DNA of 64,000 nucleotides, from the IMG/VR virus record IMGVR_UViG_3300027895_000005, positions 38,139-102,138 of that record, one strand, 5' to 3'. The position numbers were made by a program, and so were the translations under genes. Position 1 is the stretch's first letter. The number at the start of each line of letters is the position of its first letter. This stretch comes from a virus. Shown one piece after another: positions 47,173 through 56,513 of this stretch. The notes beneath the pieces are model-generated. The model ran no database searches and was not told the DNA's origin. It worked only from the letters and a program-made list of their open reading frames with translations.

Positions 47173-47808
47173 GTGATCCTGCTTGTTTCCGGACTGACGG
47201 GCGACTGGGCGCGAATGTACAGGGACCTCGACGCCAACGTGGGGTTTCTCGTCACTCCGTCGGGAGGCCATAAACCGGAGACGGTGTTGAGCTACTGCCA
47301 GACGTGGGCTTGCGACAACGACGCATTCCGCGACTTCAAACCGGACGCCTTCCGCAGGATGCTCGGTCGCTGGCAAGGTCGCACGCCACCCGGGAAGTTC
47401 GTCGCGTGCCCTGACGTGGTGGCAGATTATCAGGGCACGCGAGATAGGTTCGAGGAGTGGGAGCCAGAGATTCATGCCTCCGGATTTCCCGTGGCGCTGG
47501 TGGCGCAGGACGGGTTGACTCCTGGCACTGTGCCGTGGGAGCGGATCGAGGCGCTGTTCATCGGCGGCACGACAGCGTTCAAGATCGGTCAGGGCGCGGC
47601 GGATCTGTGCCGCGCAGCAAAAGAGAGAGGTAAGTGGGTGCATATGGGCCGCGTGAATTCCGCCCGGCGCATGGAGACGGCGGCTCGATATGGCTGCGAC
47701 TCGATAGACGGCAGCGGATACAGCAAATGGAGAAAGCTGATCGCTCCGGGAGTGCGGTTCCTGCGTCGTGCGGTGATGTTGGCAAAGACACAACCAGAAA
47801 TGTTCTGA
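47173..47808 (+). CDS. TGT/DpdA-like TIM-barrel protein (candidate deazaguanine DNA transglycosylase)
   Basis: WACDNDAF, ACPDVV, LVAQDG, LFIGG, VHMGRVN, SIDGSG; adjacent to queC. Confidence 0.55.
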   Translation: MILLVSGLTGDWARMYRDLDANVGFLVTPSGGHKPETVLSYCQTWACDNDAFRDFKPDAFRRMLGRWQGRTPPGKFVACPDVVADYQGTRDRFEEWEPEIHASGFPVALVAQDGLTPGTVPWERIEALFIGGTTAFKIGQGAADLCRAAKERGKWVHMGRVNSARRMETAARYGCDSIDGSGYSKWRKLIAPGVRFLRRAVMLAKTQPEMF

Positions 47809-47815
47809 GGGCCAC

Positions 47816-48481
47816 ATGAAAACCGTTTGCCTTCTCTCGGGCGGATTGGACAGCGCCACCCTGTTGCATCATCTTCACGCAGCAGGCGAGGAACTGGTCG
47901 CCCTGTCGTTTCGCTACCCTTCCCGGCACAACGCACGGGAACTGTCCTGCGCCGCAAAGCAGGCAAGCACCCTCGGAGTGACTCATCGCGTGATTGCTCT
48001 TGACGGCGTCTTCGAGGCTTTCCGCTCGACGCTGCTTGCTTCCTCGGCCGAAGACGTCCCGGATGGGCACTACGAGGACGAGAGTATGCGCTCGACGGTG
48101 GTCCCGTTCCGCAATGGGATCTTCCTCTCGGTTGCCGTGGGACTGACCGAATCGCTCGGATGTGACACCGTTGCCTACGGATGCCACGCAGGGGACAACG
48201 CAGTCTATCCGGACTGCCGCCCAGAGTTCGTTTATGCGATGAAGGGAGCGGTGGAACGCGGATCCTATCGCCGCGTAACCATCGACACCCCGTTCATCAA
48301 GTGGCGAAAGCGGGATGTGGTTGCAACGGCCGTCCGGTTGGGTGTGCCGTTGCACGAAACGTGGACGTGCTACAGAGGTGGCGATCGGCATTGCGGCCGA
48401 TGCGGCTCATGCCAGGAACGCATCCTTGCCTTCGCCGAAGTTGGCGTGATCGACCCCGTAAAAATGGAGGTTGCGACGTGA
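47816..48481 (+). CDS. queC: 7-cyano-7-deazaguanine synthase
   Basis: SGGLDS, VPFRN, YPDCRPEF, TWTCY..CGRCGSC. Confidence 0.95.
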   Translation: MKTVCLLSGGLDSATLLHHLHAAGEELVALSFRYPSRHNARELSCAAKQASTLGVTHRVIALDGVFEAFRSTLLASSAEDVPDGHYEDESMRSTVVPFRNGIFLSVAVGLTESLGCDTVAYGCHAGDNAVYPDCRPEFVYAMKGAVERGSYRRVTIDTPFIKWRKRDVVATAVRLGVPLHETWTCYRGGDRHCGRCGSCQERILAFAEVGVIDPVKMEVAT

Positions 48482-48678
48482 TCCCGAAATGTGAGACCTG
48501 CGCCGCCTGGGACAGCAGCAACCAGCGGAACGGAGCCTGCCGACGGCGCGCCCCGGCGCCGCTGCTCGAGGTGCAACTGGCGTACTCGTCCACGGTGGAG
48601 GCGATGCGTCCACGATATCCCGTTACGCTTGCTGGGGATGGATGCTTCGATCACATCCCGAAGCCGGTCGAAGGGTGA
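48478..48678 (+). CDS. Small Cys-rich protein
   Basis: CETC..CRRRAP..GCFDH. Confidence 0.65.
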   Translation: MIPKCETCAAWDSSNQRNGACRRRAPAPLLEVQLAYSSTVEAMRPRYPVTLAGDGCFDHIPKPVEG

Positions 48679-48769
48679 CCCTCTACCACCCTTTTTTATA
48701 GTAGTAGTATATGGAATATGGTCTATGGCAAATTTCTATCTCAATTGTTGTTAAAGGAGAGACGATCCG

Positions 48770-49024
48770 ATGAGCAAGGAGAAATGGTACGTCGTCCACG
48801 CGGTGGAACGGCTCCGCGACGGGCGAGAGGAATGGGCCAGAGTCGTTTGTGGTCTCGACGACGCCATCGCGATGATCAACCAGTCGAGCAACGGCTTCAC
48901 CGGCTGCAACACCGACTATCAGGTGTTCGAGCTGGGCAAGGAGATCCCGCTGGAGATCGTCAAGGAAGAGGAACCGCAACCGGCCAAGGTGAAGACGAAG
49001 TTTCGGGTAAAGGGGAAGCGATGA
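48770..49024 (+). CDS. Hypothetical protein
   Basis: RBS aaggag after AT-rich patch. Confidence 0.7.
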   Translation: MSKEKWYVVHAVERLRDGREEWARVVCGLDDAIAMINQSSNGFTGCNTDYQVFELGKEIPLEIVKEEEPQPAKVKTKFRVKGKR

Positions 49025-49530
49025 GTGCCAACGGTTACACCGAACACATCCTGAAAGAGATTGCCGGCGAACGCTGGCGGCAACTGCAGGAGTTCAGCGT
49101 TGAACATGACGCGCGACTCTCGCCCGGCCAGTGGATCGCCATCGGTTGTAGGCATCTTGGAATGGGGACCCTTGATGGCGGTCTCGTCTGCCGCAATATT
49201 TTCCGCCGGCAACTGATCCGCTGCGCCGCCGTGTGCGCTGCCGCGATCGAGGCGCTTGACCGGCAGATTGAGGACGCTCTCGCGGATGGTGGCGCCGAGT
49301 ATTCTCGCGATCATCCACCGTCGCCGCCCGACCACCTGGAAAAGTTGAAGGAACTCCTCCAGGAGCAAGCCAACAAGCAGGGTGAAGCGGTCTACCTCAT
49401 CACGGCTGACGAGGTGGGCATCGACGGTACGAAGCGTGGCGGTCCCTACGGCGTGCTCAAGAGCCAGAGTAACGCCTGGGAGAAAACCCATGTGGAGTTG
49501 ACCATCGAACCACAGAAAGGGCAACCATGA
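49021..49530 (+). CDS. MazG-like all-alpha NTP pyrophosphatase-like protein
   Basis: EIAGERWRQ..EHD..RRQLIRCAAVCAAAIEALD. Confidence 0.55.
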   Translation: MSANGYTEHILKEIAGERWRQLQEFSVEHDARLSPGQWIAIGCRHLGMGTLDGGLVCRNIFRRQLIRCAAVCAAAIEALDRQIEDALADGGAEYSRDHPPSPPDHLEKLKELLQEQANKQGEAVYLITADEVGIDGTKRGGPYGVLKSQSNAWEKTHVELTIEPQKGQP

Positions 49531-50012
49531 GCGAACGAACCGACGCCGACGCCCTGGCCGAACGACTGCTGAACGACGCTTCCTACGATCCGGATGACGA
49601 CCTACGGATGCTGGCCCGGCAACTGCTCCGACGCCGCGACGAGATCACGCAACTGTCATCGACATGTCAGAGGATCGCCGAATCCTGCGACCGACAGGAC
49701 GAAGAGACGAAGAGGTTGTGCGAAAGTCCCGACGTCCTGTCCATCGCCACCGCACTGGCCGACTCGGTCAGGGACGCAATGCTGCCGCTGGCCAACTACG
49801 ATTTCTTCATCGACGGGACGGGTGTCAAGCACTCCGTCCATGTGGTGATGGACGAGATCGACACTTCGCTGCGCGCGACCTTCAAAGATATCACCGGGAG
49901 GGAATACAACCCGGAAGTGCGCCGTCAGATGGACTGGAGCAAGCACAGGAACATTCTCGCGGCAAGGCTGCTGGAGGCGATCATGACGCCTGACGACAAG
50001 GGGAAACCGTGA
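49527..50012 (+). CDS. Hypothetical protein
   Basis: Coupled ORF. Confidence 0.65.
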   Translation: MSERTDADALAERLLNDASYDPDDDLRMLARQLLRRRDEITQLSSTCQRIAESCDRQDEETKRLCESPDVLSIATALADSVRDAMLPLANYDFFIDGTGVKHSVHVVMDEIDTSLRATFKDITGREYNPEVRRQMDWSKHRNILAARLLEAIMTPDDKGKP

Positions 50013-50317
50013 CCGACAGCGAAAGAGTGATGGGAAGCATCGCGGACAGATTGGCGATCCAGGATCAGCCAGCGCCGAAAGAAGCAATCGGCGACAATGT
50101 GAATCACCCTCGACACTATCAGGGCCACAACGGTGTGGAGTGCATCGACGCCATCGAAGCGGCATTGTCCCGCGAGGAATTCATCGGTTTTCTTCGGGGA
50201 CAGATTCTCAAGTACACCTGGCGCAGACCGCACAAGGGAAGCCACGCCGAAGATTGCAAGAAGTGTCGGTGGTATCAGGATCGCCTCATCAAGACTCTGG
50301 AGAAACCGAATGGCTGA
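50009..50317 (+). CDS. DUF3310 protein
   Basis: VNHPRHY..ECIDAIE..GQILKYTWR. Confidence 0.9.
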   Translation: MTDSERVMGSIADRLAIQDQPAPKEAIGDNVNHPRHYQGHNGVECIDAIEAALSREEFIGFLRGQILKYTWRRPHKGSHAEDCKKCRWYQDRLIKTLEKPNG

Positions 50318-51143
50318 GTTGACCGTCAGAGAGCAGCAACGCAGGCTGCTACCAACATGCGAGAAACGCCCGATCCTCGATCACGGCTACCTCCAGCAGA
50401 TCGAATGCTGGGGTTCCGACGAGTCCATCATCGAGGCGGCGAGGATGTCCACCGGCAAGGGTTTCCGCGATTGGGGACCCTACACCGAATGCACGATCTG
50501 TGGGCACTGGTGGATTGACGGAGACGGCAACGCCTGCCTGAATCCATCTCACGAGCACAGGAGGGCGGAAAAGGGCGATGCCGGCCTGCTGTCGTACCTG
50601 CACTCTCACAAACATGCTACGCCTTTCGAGATGGCCGGCATGGTGATCGAGGTTCAGGCGCCGATCATGGTGTTTCGCGAGTGGCATCGCCATCGCACGC
50701 AGAGCTACAACGAAATGTCTGCCCGTTACACGCCGTTGCCGGACAAGAACTACATTCCCACCGTTGAGCGCTTGCTGCTCAACAGCAAGACCAACAAGCA
50801 GGCAGGCGTCATCAAGGGGGCGGAAGAGTTGACGGAAGAGAAAGCGGAACTGTTTCGCCGCCAACTCCAGAAGGAATATGGCAATCAGGAACTGTTGTAT
50901 CAGTGGGCGCTGTCGTCCGGCGTGCCGAAAGAACTGGCCCGCGTTCACCTTCCCGTCGGACGGTACAGTCGAATGCGTGCGTGTGCCAACCTCCGCAACT
51001 GGCTCGCATTCCTGACCCTGCGGATGGATCCAGCGGCGCAATTTGAGATACGGCAATTCGCGCACGCTGTCGGCGACCTGATCGTTGCCAACCATCCGAA
51101 GACGTGGGAACTGTTCTCGCTGTCGCTGGCCAAGTGGAAGTAA
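50310..51143 (+). CDS. thyX: Flavin-dependent thymidylate synthase with small Cys/His insertion
   Basis: AARMS, HATPFE, REWHRHRTQSYNEMSARY, ARVHLP. Confidence 0.95.
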   Translation: MAELTVREQQRRLLPTCEKRPILDHGYLQQIECWGSDESIIEAARMSTGKGFRDWGPYTECTICGHWWIDGDGNACLNPSHEHRRAEKGDAGLLSYLHSHKHATPFEMAGMVIEVQAPIMVFREWHRHRTQSYNEMSARYTPLPDKNYIPTVERLLLNSKTNKQAGVIKGAEELTEEKAELFRRQLQKEYGNQELLYQWALSSGVPKELARVHLPVGRYSRMRACANLRNWLAFLTLRMDPAAQFEIRQFAHAVGDLIVANHPKTWELFSLSLAKWK

Positions 51144-51250
51144 ATCCGCCGCGAGTAGGCCGCACGCTCGCCGTCTGGTGCGTCGGCGTGCGTTCCAGAC
51201 GCTGGTTGCCCTCCGCGCGGTTGGGGGCTTACTAAAGGAGATAGAGATAA

Positions 51251-51676
51251 ATGCGAGTAGGATTTACTGGTACGCGGCACGGCATGACGGACGCCAAGAA
51301 AGCGACCTTATGGAATATCCTCAGCGGTCTGCAAGTTGACGAATTCCATCACGGGGACTGTGTTGGGGCCGACGATGAAGCGGCGAAGATTACTTCGGTC
51401 TGTCAGGGCGATTGCGTCATCGTGTGTCATCCGCCGCTTGTTGAGTCGCTACGTGCTTTCAACAAGCAGCATCACCAGATTCGCCAGTCAAAGACATATC
51501 TACTCCGCAACTGCGACATCGTCAACGAAACGGATGTGTTGATCGCCGCGCCCTGTGATGCAAAAAAGAAGCAGACGGGTGGAACGTGGGCCACAATCCG
51601 TTACGCCCGCACGCAGGGCAAGCGGGTTATCATTCTGTGGCCGGACGGCACGCAATCGGAGGAAAACGCATCATGA
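51251..51676 (+). CDS. SLOG-superfamily protein
   Basis: VGFTGTR, HHGDCVGAD, RNCDIV, GGTWATIRYA. Confidence 0.75.
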   Translation: MRVGFTGTRHGMTDAKKATLWNILSGLQVDEFHHGDCVGADDEAAKITSVCQGDCVIVCHPPLVESLRAFNKQHHQIRQSKTYLLRNCDIVNETDVLIAAPCDAKKKQTGGTWATIRYARTQGKRVIILWPDGTQSEENAS

Positions 51677-51876
51677 AAAAAACTCTGACCGACCGCTGCC
51701 CCGTCGCCACACGGTTCCACATCGAGAGCTATTGGGGCCACGGCACCGACTGTGACCGTCGTGTCGCCGCTGGTGAGTCTCAGCGACGGTGTAAAACCTG
51801 CGAGCGGTATCGCTGGCCGGATCATGCGGCGGCGTGCCGGGAGTTTGTGGCAGAGGAGGGGGAAGCCGATGCCTGA
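51673..51876 (+). CDS. Small Cys-rich protein
   Basis: ATGA overlap. Confidence 0.6.
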   Translation: MKKTLTDRCPVATRFHIESYWGHGTDCDRRVAAGESQRRCKTCERYRWPDHAAACREFVAEEGEADA

Positions 51877-51934
51877 GAAACAGGGAGTATCCAAGGTGCT
51901 ATTTTTGGACCTCGACGGCGTCTTTGGATATTGA
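51869..51934 (+). pseudogene. Orphan 5' stub of HAD gene (21 aa)
   Basis: MPEKQGVSKVLFLDLDGVFGY*; good RBS; motif repeated at 52715. Confidence 0.75.
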
Positions 51935-51976
51935 CGGTTGCAAGTCGAAATCCTATAATTCCCTTAGCAAGGGAGG
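51931..51976 (+). promoter_or_regulatory. Promoter and RBS-sequestering hairpin of HNH gene
   Basis: TTGACG -17- TATAAT; tccctt-agc-aaggga overlaps the AAGGGAGG RBS. Confidence 0.75.
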
Positions 51977-51981
51977 TAGAG

Positions 51982-52740
51982 ATGAATACTACAGATGAAT
52001 GCTTATGTGCGTGCGGGTGTGGCTCTCCGGTTCAGATGCCAACACGGAAGTTTTCTCGCGGTCACGCCAAAAGAGGGGAAGCGTCTACTTCTCTGCCGGA
52101 AATCGTCTCCTACGGAAAGCTGACGATCGTCTCGCCTGTCTGGTACGAGAACAAGAGGCAAATGGCCACTGTTCAATGCTTCTGCGGCAAAGAATTCCCT
52201 GCCCGCATCAACGCTCTCAAGACCGGCAATACGACATCCTGCGGGTGCAAACGGTCCGCGTCCCTGCGCGTCAGAAATAGGACGCATGGCCTCGCCCCAC
52301 GTTCCGGTCGGCATCCGCTGTATCAGACATGGGCTGATATTGTTCAGCGTTGCACAAATCGGAACCATCCGAAGTACGACGATTATGGCGGGCGAGGGAT
52401 TAGTGTTTGCTGTGAATGGTTGGAATCGTTCGCGGCATTCCTTGCCTCTGTCGGCGAGCGACCGTTCGCCAAGGCGGAAATTGACCGAAAAGACAACAAC
52501 GGCAACTACGAACCGGGAAACATACGATGGGCGACAAGGAAGCAACAGACTAGCAACACCAGGAACAACCATCTAGTTACGCATCGTGGACGGACGCAAA
52601 CCCTTCAAGCGTGGGCAGAAGAACTTCGATGGAGTCAAGCTGGAATGGCTTATCGGGTCAAGAGAATGCCTCTTGAGGTGGCGCTTGTGAGAAATCCACG
52701 GCCAAAGGAGAAGTATGCCAGGGAAACTCCTGTTTCTTGA
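51982..52740 (+). CDS. Free-standing HNH homing endonuclease
   Basis: YQTWADIVQRC..YGGRGISVC..W..F..F; IDRKDNNGNYEPGNIRWAT..QTSN. Confidence 0.9.
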   Translation: MNTTDECLCACGCGSPVQMPTRKFSRGHAKRGEASTSLPEIVSYGKLTIVSPVWYENKRQMATVQCFCGKEFPARINALKTGNTTSCGCKRSASLRVRNRTHGLAPRSGRHPLYQTWADIVQRCTNRNHPKYDDYGGRGISVCCEWLESFAAFLASVGERPFAKAEIDRKDNNGNYEPGNIRWATRKQQTSNTRNNHLVTHRGRTQTLQAWAEELRWSQAGMAYRVKRMPLEVALVRNPRPKEKYARETPVS

Positions 52741-53263
52741 TGTGGATGGAGTCCTAAACGACCATTCCCCACTCGACCCGGATGTGATGTGCGGCCAGAT
52801 CCACAAGGACAAGGTTGCACTCCTCAACCACATCCTTCGCGAGACCGGCGCGGAGATGGTGCTGTCGTCGGCGTGGCGCTACCTGATCTTCCGCCAAGAG
52901 ATGAACCTTGTCGGTATGGAATGGTTGCTGCGCTCGCACGGCGTCCTCGCCAATCGCCTCATCGGGATCACGGCACCCGATACGCTGGAGCGGGTGACCT
53001 ACAACGGCAAGCCTGCTGACTGGCCCGTCGAGAACGAGCGCGGCGCCCTGATCCGGCGATGGCTGGATGGGAACCGTCTGGGTTGGCCCGATGGCGACCG
53101 CCTACAGCCTCGCCTGTCCTGGCAATACGTCGTGCTCGACGACCTGGATCTGGGAATCAGCGCAGCCGGGCATCCGTTCGTTCACGTTGACGGCACGGTG
53201 GGGCTGACGGCAGCGGACGCGGAGAGGGCGATTCGTCTCCTTGGGAGGGTGACACATGCCTGA
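52715..53263 (+). CDS. HAD-domain protein (Swiss Army Knife RNA-repair-like HAD)
   Basis: LFLDVDGVLN, VLSSAWR, YVVLDD, GLT. Confidence 0.85.
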   Translation: MPGKLLFLDVDGVLNDHSPLDPDVMCGQIHKDKVALLNHILRETGAEMVLSSAWRYLIFRQEMNLVGMEWLLRSHGVLANRLIGITAPDTLERVTYNGKPADWPVENERGALIRRWLDGNRLGWPDGDRLQPRLSWQYVVLDDLDLGISAAGHPFVHVDGTVGLTAADAERAIRLLGRVTHA

Positions 53264-53702
53264 GCAGCGCGAAGAGACCCGCCTGGCCGAGATCCGGGGG
53301 CGGGAGAGTGCAATCACGGCCAACCCTACCTTGACGGGGACTTTTCCCTCTATTACTGCTGCCTTCACCGACCGCACCTTCCTCCTTGCCGCCATCGACG
53401 CCCGCGACGGCCTGCTCAACGATATGGCGATTGACGCCACGCCCGCCATCGAGGCGGAACGCCAGCGTGTGCTCGACGCGATCTGCCCTCATTTCACCTC
53501 AGCCCGCAGAGGGCAGGTTCTTGCTGATCTGGGCGGCGGTCACGAGGCGCTCTCGCCCGACAGCGCTCGACGGGAAATCGATACGCTCCGAGCGGCGCTG
53601 CGGAAGATCATCAATCTGCCGCCCGGCGACAGACTCACTATTGCCCGAATTGACGAGGCTCGCAATATCGCCCGCAATGCCTTGGGCTTGTCGCAGGAGT
53701 GA
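53256..53702 (+). CDS. Hypothetical protein
   Basis: Coupled ORF. Confidence 0.65.
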   Translation: MPEQREETRLAEIRGRESAITANPTLTGTFPSITAAFTDRTFLLAAIDARDGLLNDMAIDATPAIEAERQRVLDAICPHFTSARRGQVLADLGGGHEALSPDSARREIDTLRAALRKIINLPPGDRLTIARIDEARNIARNALGLSQE

Positions 53703-53705
53703 CGC

Positions 53706-54038
53706 TCACCCCTCCACCACGCGGACGCGGTTGGGGTCGGCCGCCTCGAAGCGCCAGCCCGGCGGAATGGTGACTGTTACTGCGCGGAACCCGGTGGCGA
53801 GGATGAGCACGCCAAAGGCGTCCCTCGCCTCCTGCATCGTGACGCCTGCGGGACCGTGCAATACGCCGACTTCGTCCATCGAGAGCGACCATTCCAAGGG
53901 GATGGGGTCGGCTGGGCCGGGAATGATCATCTCCGCCGGCACGAAGCTGACTGTCCAGCCTTCCAGCAGGCGTGGGCCGTCGCCGCAGCACTCCGGGCAT
54001 GGCGTCGGCGGGGTGTAGTCGCAGGGGGTGTCGCTCAT
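53706..54038 (-). CDS. Hypothetical protein
   Basis: CPECCG; RBS aaaggag. Confidence 0.6.
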   Translation of the reverse strand: MSDTPCDYTPPTPCPECCGDGPRLLEGWTVSFVPAEMIIPGPADPIPLEWSLSMDEVGVLHGPAGVTMQEARDAFGVLILATGFRAVTVTIPPGWRFEAADPNRVRVVEG

Positions 54039-54069
54039 GGCGTGCTCCTTTCTGTGCATCATACCACGC

Positions 54070-54112
54070 TTGCCGTGCGCCGGGCCATCGTGTAGAGTCT
54101 ATGTAGAGTCTA
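54070..54112 (+). promoter_or_regulatory. Candidate promoter/operator of small regulator
   Basis: TTGCCG -17- TAGAGT; tandem tgtagagtcta x2. Confidence 0.5.
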
Positions 54113-54128
54113 TTCCCCTGGAGGCAAC

Positions 54129-54323
54129 ATGGCGGCGAAACAGAAATCGGGCGGGCGCCGACTGCGTGAGTCCGGCAAGCGGGCGATCCAACTTGGCGTA
54201 CTGCCCGAAGATTACGACCTGCTGGCGGCGGCGGCAAAGGCGCAGCGCCTGCCGCTGACGGGGTTCCTCCTGCGCGCCGGTCTGACGGCCGCGAAAAAGG
54301 AATTACGGAAAGATTCGGAATAA
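54129..54323 (+). CDS. Ribbon-helix-helix (DUF1778-like) regulator
   Basis: IQLGVLPEDYDLLAAAAKAQRLPLTGFLLRAGL. Confidence 0.7.
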   Translation: MAAKQKSGGRRLRESGKRAIQLGVLPEDYDLLAAAAKAQRLPLTGFLLRAGLTAAKKELRKDSE

Positions 54324-54336
54324 TCGTGTTCTGGCC

Positions 54337-54365
54337 TTGACCCGAGTCTGACCCGAGTCTATACT
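54337..54365 (+). promoter_or_regulatory. Sigma70-type promoter with tandem repeat in spacer
   Basis: TTGACC -17- TATACT; gacccgagtct x2. Confidence 0.75.
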
Positions 54366-54408
54366 AGTAGTAGATGAGTGAGCAACGCGAACCCCGAAGG
54401 AGCCTCTG

Positions 54409-54705
54409 ATGAAGGTCAAGGTTATCAAGCAGGTCAAGCTGTCCACCGGCGAAACTGATCTCTTTGCCGACGACGCCATTCCCGAAGCGGAAGTGGTCGG
54501 CTTCGGCATCCTGACCACCGATCACGCTACCAGCAGCTACGGCCAGCCTGTCCTCCTGCTGGACGGCGCGGCTTACGACGTCGCCAGCGTGGCCTTGCGG
54601 GGCTGGGAAGTTCTGGACGCCGAGACGGTTTACCCGGCCGCATCCCCGGCTATGTTCGAGGTCTGGAAGCGCGAGTGGACGCGAATCGCCTACCAGCAGG
54701 TTTGA
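54409..54705 (+). CDS. Hypothetical protein
   Basis: TTDHATSSYGQPVL; RBS aaggag. Confidence 0.7.
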   Translation: MKVKVIKQVKLSTGETDLFADDAIPEAEVVGFGILTTDHATSSYGQPVLLLDGAAYDVASVALRGWEVLDAETVYPAASPAMFEVWKREWTRIAYQQV

Positions 54706-54762
54706 CCACACCAACGAGAAACACACCAGCGGCCCCCGCCCGCACCAACCGAAGGAGAGACG

Positions 54763-54969
54763 ATGATGAGCGACAACGAACTGTTTGCCTGCCTTGATCT
54801 AGAGCAGATCCTGGCGTGGATCTCTGACCCGACCCTTTCCGTGGGGCGTCGTGCGGCAGCTCACGGATGGGCGATGCACCTGGTCCCCGCGAGCCAGTTG
54901 GCGGCATTCGAGGATCGCGTGCGGGCGCTCGAGGCGAAGACCGGCGCGACCCCCAGCGTTTCGCGCTGA
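54763..54969 (+). CDS. Hypothetical protein
   Basis: RBS aaggag. Confidence 0.65.
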   Translation: MMSDNELFACLDLEQILAWISDPTLSVGRRAAAHGWAMHLVPASQLAAFEDRVRALEAKTGATPSVSR

Positions 54970-55020
54970 CCTCCGCACCAACCCCCGCCGTCCGGCAACG
55001 TGCCGGCGGCGTCCTGAACG

Positions 55021-55323
55021 ATGGCACTGATGGAGATTGAGATGGCTGGATACGCCGTATACGAGATCTGGGACACCACCGCCAGCGTGCCGGGCGGATC
55101 GATTGTGTCGCGTCACAAGACGCGCGAGGAAGCGGATGCCGAAGCCTCGCGCCTGGAGTCCCTGGAAGTGGCGCGGCAGGCCCGGCCGCAAATGTCGGCC
55201 GCTACCGCTCGCAAGGCGGCAATCGAGGAGTACGGAGCATCCGCCCATCCGGCGACGGTCCATCAGGTGGTGCTGGATATGACCTACCGCGGTAGGCGTG
55301 CCTACCGCGTTCAGCCGAGTTGA
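55021..55323 (+). CDS. Hypothetical protein
   Basis: Small-gene run; start uncertain. Confidence 0.6.
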   Translation: MALMEIEMAGYAVYEIWDTTASVPGGSIVSRHKTREEADAEASRLESLEVARQARPQMSAATARKAAIEEYGASAHPATVHQVVLDMTYRGRRAYRVQPS

Positions 55324-55356
55324 CACACCCCACACACCGCCGCTCCGGCGGAAGCG

Positions 55357-55620
55357 ATGGGACTTACCGAAGGAGATACCGAGATGGTGACGATTATCGA
55401 GGCTTGCCCGGCAGAGGGCTATAGCTCCTGGGATCACCTGCTGACCGGCCGTGAGGCTGATGGTGTGATCGGTCGCCAGTTCCGCACGGTCCGCGCCGCC
55501 TGTGATGCGGCTGACCGGGAAGTCCAGAAAGAGGCTGATCGACGCGCCGTTAGCGGCGGCGCGCATGTCGTGTTGACGCTCAAACTGGCGGACGGTTCGC
55601 TTGTCCACCGCACCACATGA
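55357..55620 (+). CDS. Hypothetical protein
   Basis: Start probably 55384 after aaggag. Confidence 0.6.
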   Translation: MGLTEGDTEMVTIIEACPAEGYSSWDHLLTGREADGVIGRQFRTVRAACDAADREVQKEADRRAVSGGAHVVLTLKLADGSLVHRTT

Positions 55621-55660
55621 CTGACCGCCCCTCGCCCGGCGGCAAAGGAGGAATCAGACG

Positions 55661-55918
55661 ATGCATTCAACCATGACGCGCGGCCGACTGAGCGACCGCG
55701 AAATCGTGGAAAACTTCCTCGCGCTGCCCGCCGAGGCTTTGCCGTCCGCTCAGTGGGTGGACGACGGCCCCGAATTCTCCGGCTCGTGCTGGCCGCACCT
55801 GCGAGATTTCGTGCTGCCGGCTTTCCGGCAGCGTCTCAACCATGACGGATCGCCTATCCGATTGTGTGCCGACCGCGCCGGCGGATGGCGCGACGGCGTC
55901 ATCGTACATGCTGGCTGA
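55661..55918 (+). CDS. Hypothetical protein
   Basis: RBS aaggagg. Confidence 0.6.
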   Translation: MHSTMTRGRLSDREIVENFLALPAEALPSAQWVDDGPEFSGSCWPHLRDFVLPAFRQRLNHDGSPIRLCADRAGGWRDGVIVHAG

Positions 55919-55984
55919 CGCGATAACCCGCCCCCCCCCAGCGGTCAGCCGGACCGCTGATCGCTCCGATGGAGGATGTGACCG

Positions 55985-56203
55985 ATGATCGCCAAGGTAC
56001 TGGTTCACTCCGCTTCCGGGCGGAGCTGCAAAACGGTGGCGAGTTGCGCCACGCTCGATGAGGCGCGTACTGTCGCGAGGCAACTTCGCGATGGTGAAGA
56101 GGAGATGCCTTTCCGCCGCCACGGATCGGTGAGTATTTGGTACGCAGGCGAATTCTGGGACGGCGTGTCCCAGCGCGAATTGGCAACCTGGGAGCCACGC
56201 TGA
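55985..56203 (+). CDS. Hypothetical protein
   Basis: RBS ggagg. Confidence 0.6.
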   Translation: MIAKVLVHSASGRSCKTVASCATLDEARTVARQLRDGEEEMPFRRHGSVSIWYAGEFWDGVSQRELATWEPR

Positions 56204-56283
56204 CGCTCTGTTCGGATTCCGCGCGGCCGGCGGTTGACCCCCGCGCGGCCCGGTTGGCTGCTGTCGCCCGATGGAGACCTATC

Positions 56284-56490
56284 ATGCTGCTGTACGATGT
56301 GAGCTACTACACGAAGGACGGAAAGCGCCTGGCCGACTGCGATTCGGCTGTCGGCGATCACTACATCGAGGGGGCCAGCAAGAGCTACCCCAACGAGTAC
56401 CTCGCCTGCCGATGCCTCAACGGCGATCGGTCGGCAAGCTACTGGATGCTGGCTGGGGAAGTCGTTCAGCCTCCCGCGTTCGCGAAGTAA
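56284..56490 (+). CDS. Hypothetical protein
   Basis: RBS ggag. Confidence 0.6.
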   Translation: MLLYDVSYYTKDGKRLADCDSAVGDHYIEGASKSYPNEYLACRCLNGDRSASYWMLAGEVVQPPAFAK

Positions 56491-56513
56491 CCGCCCGATA
56501 GAGGATGAGACCG

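Noticed and set aside
54129-54705. Type II toxin-antitoxin pair (DUF1778 plus GNAT)
   Set aside because: The next gene shows no toxin motif and is separated by its own promoter
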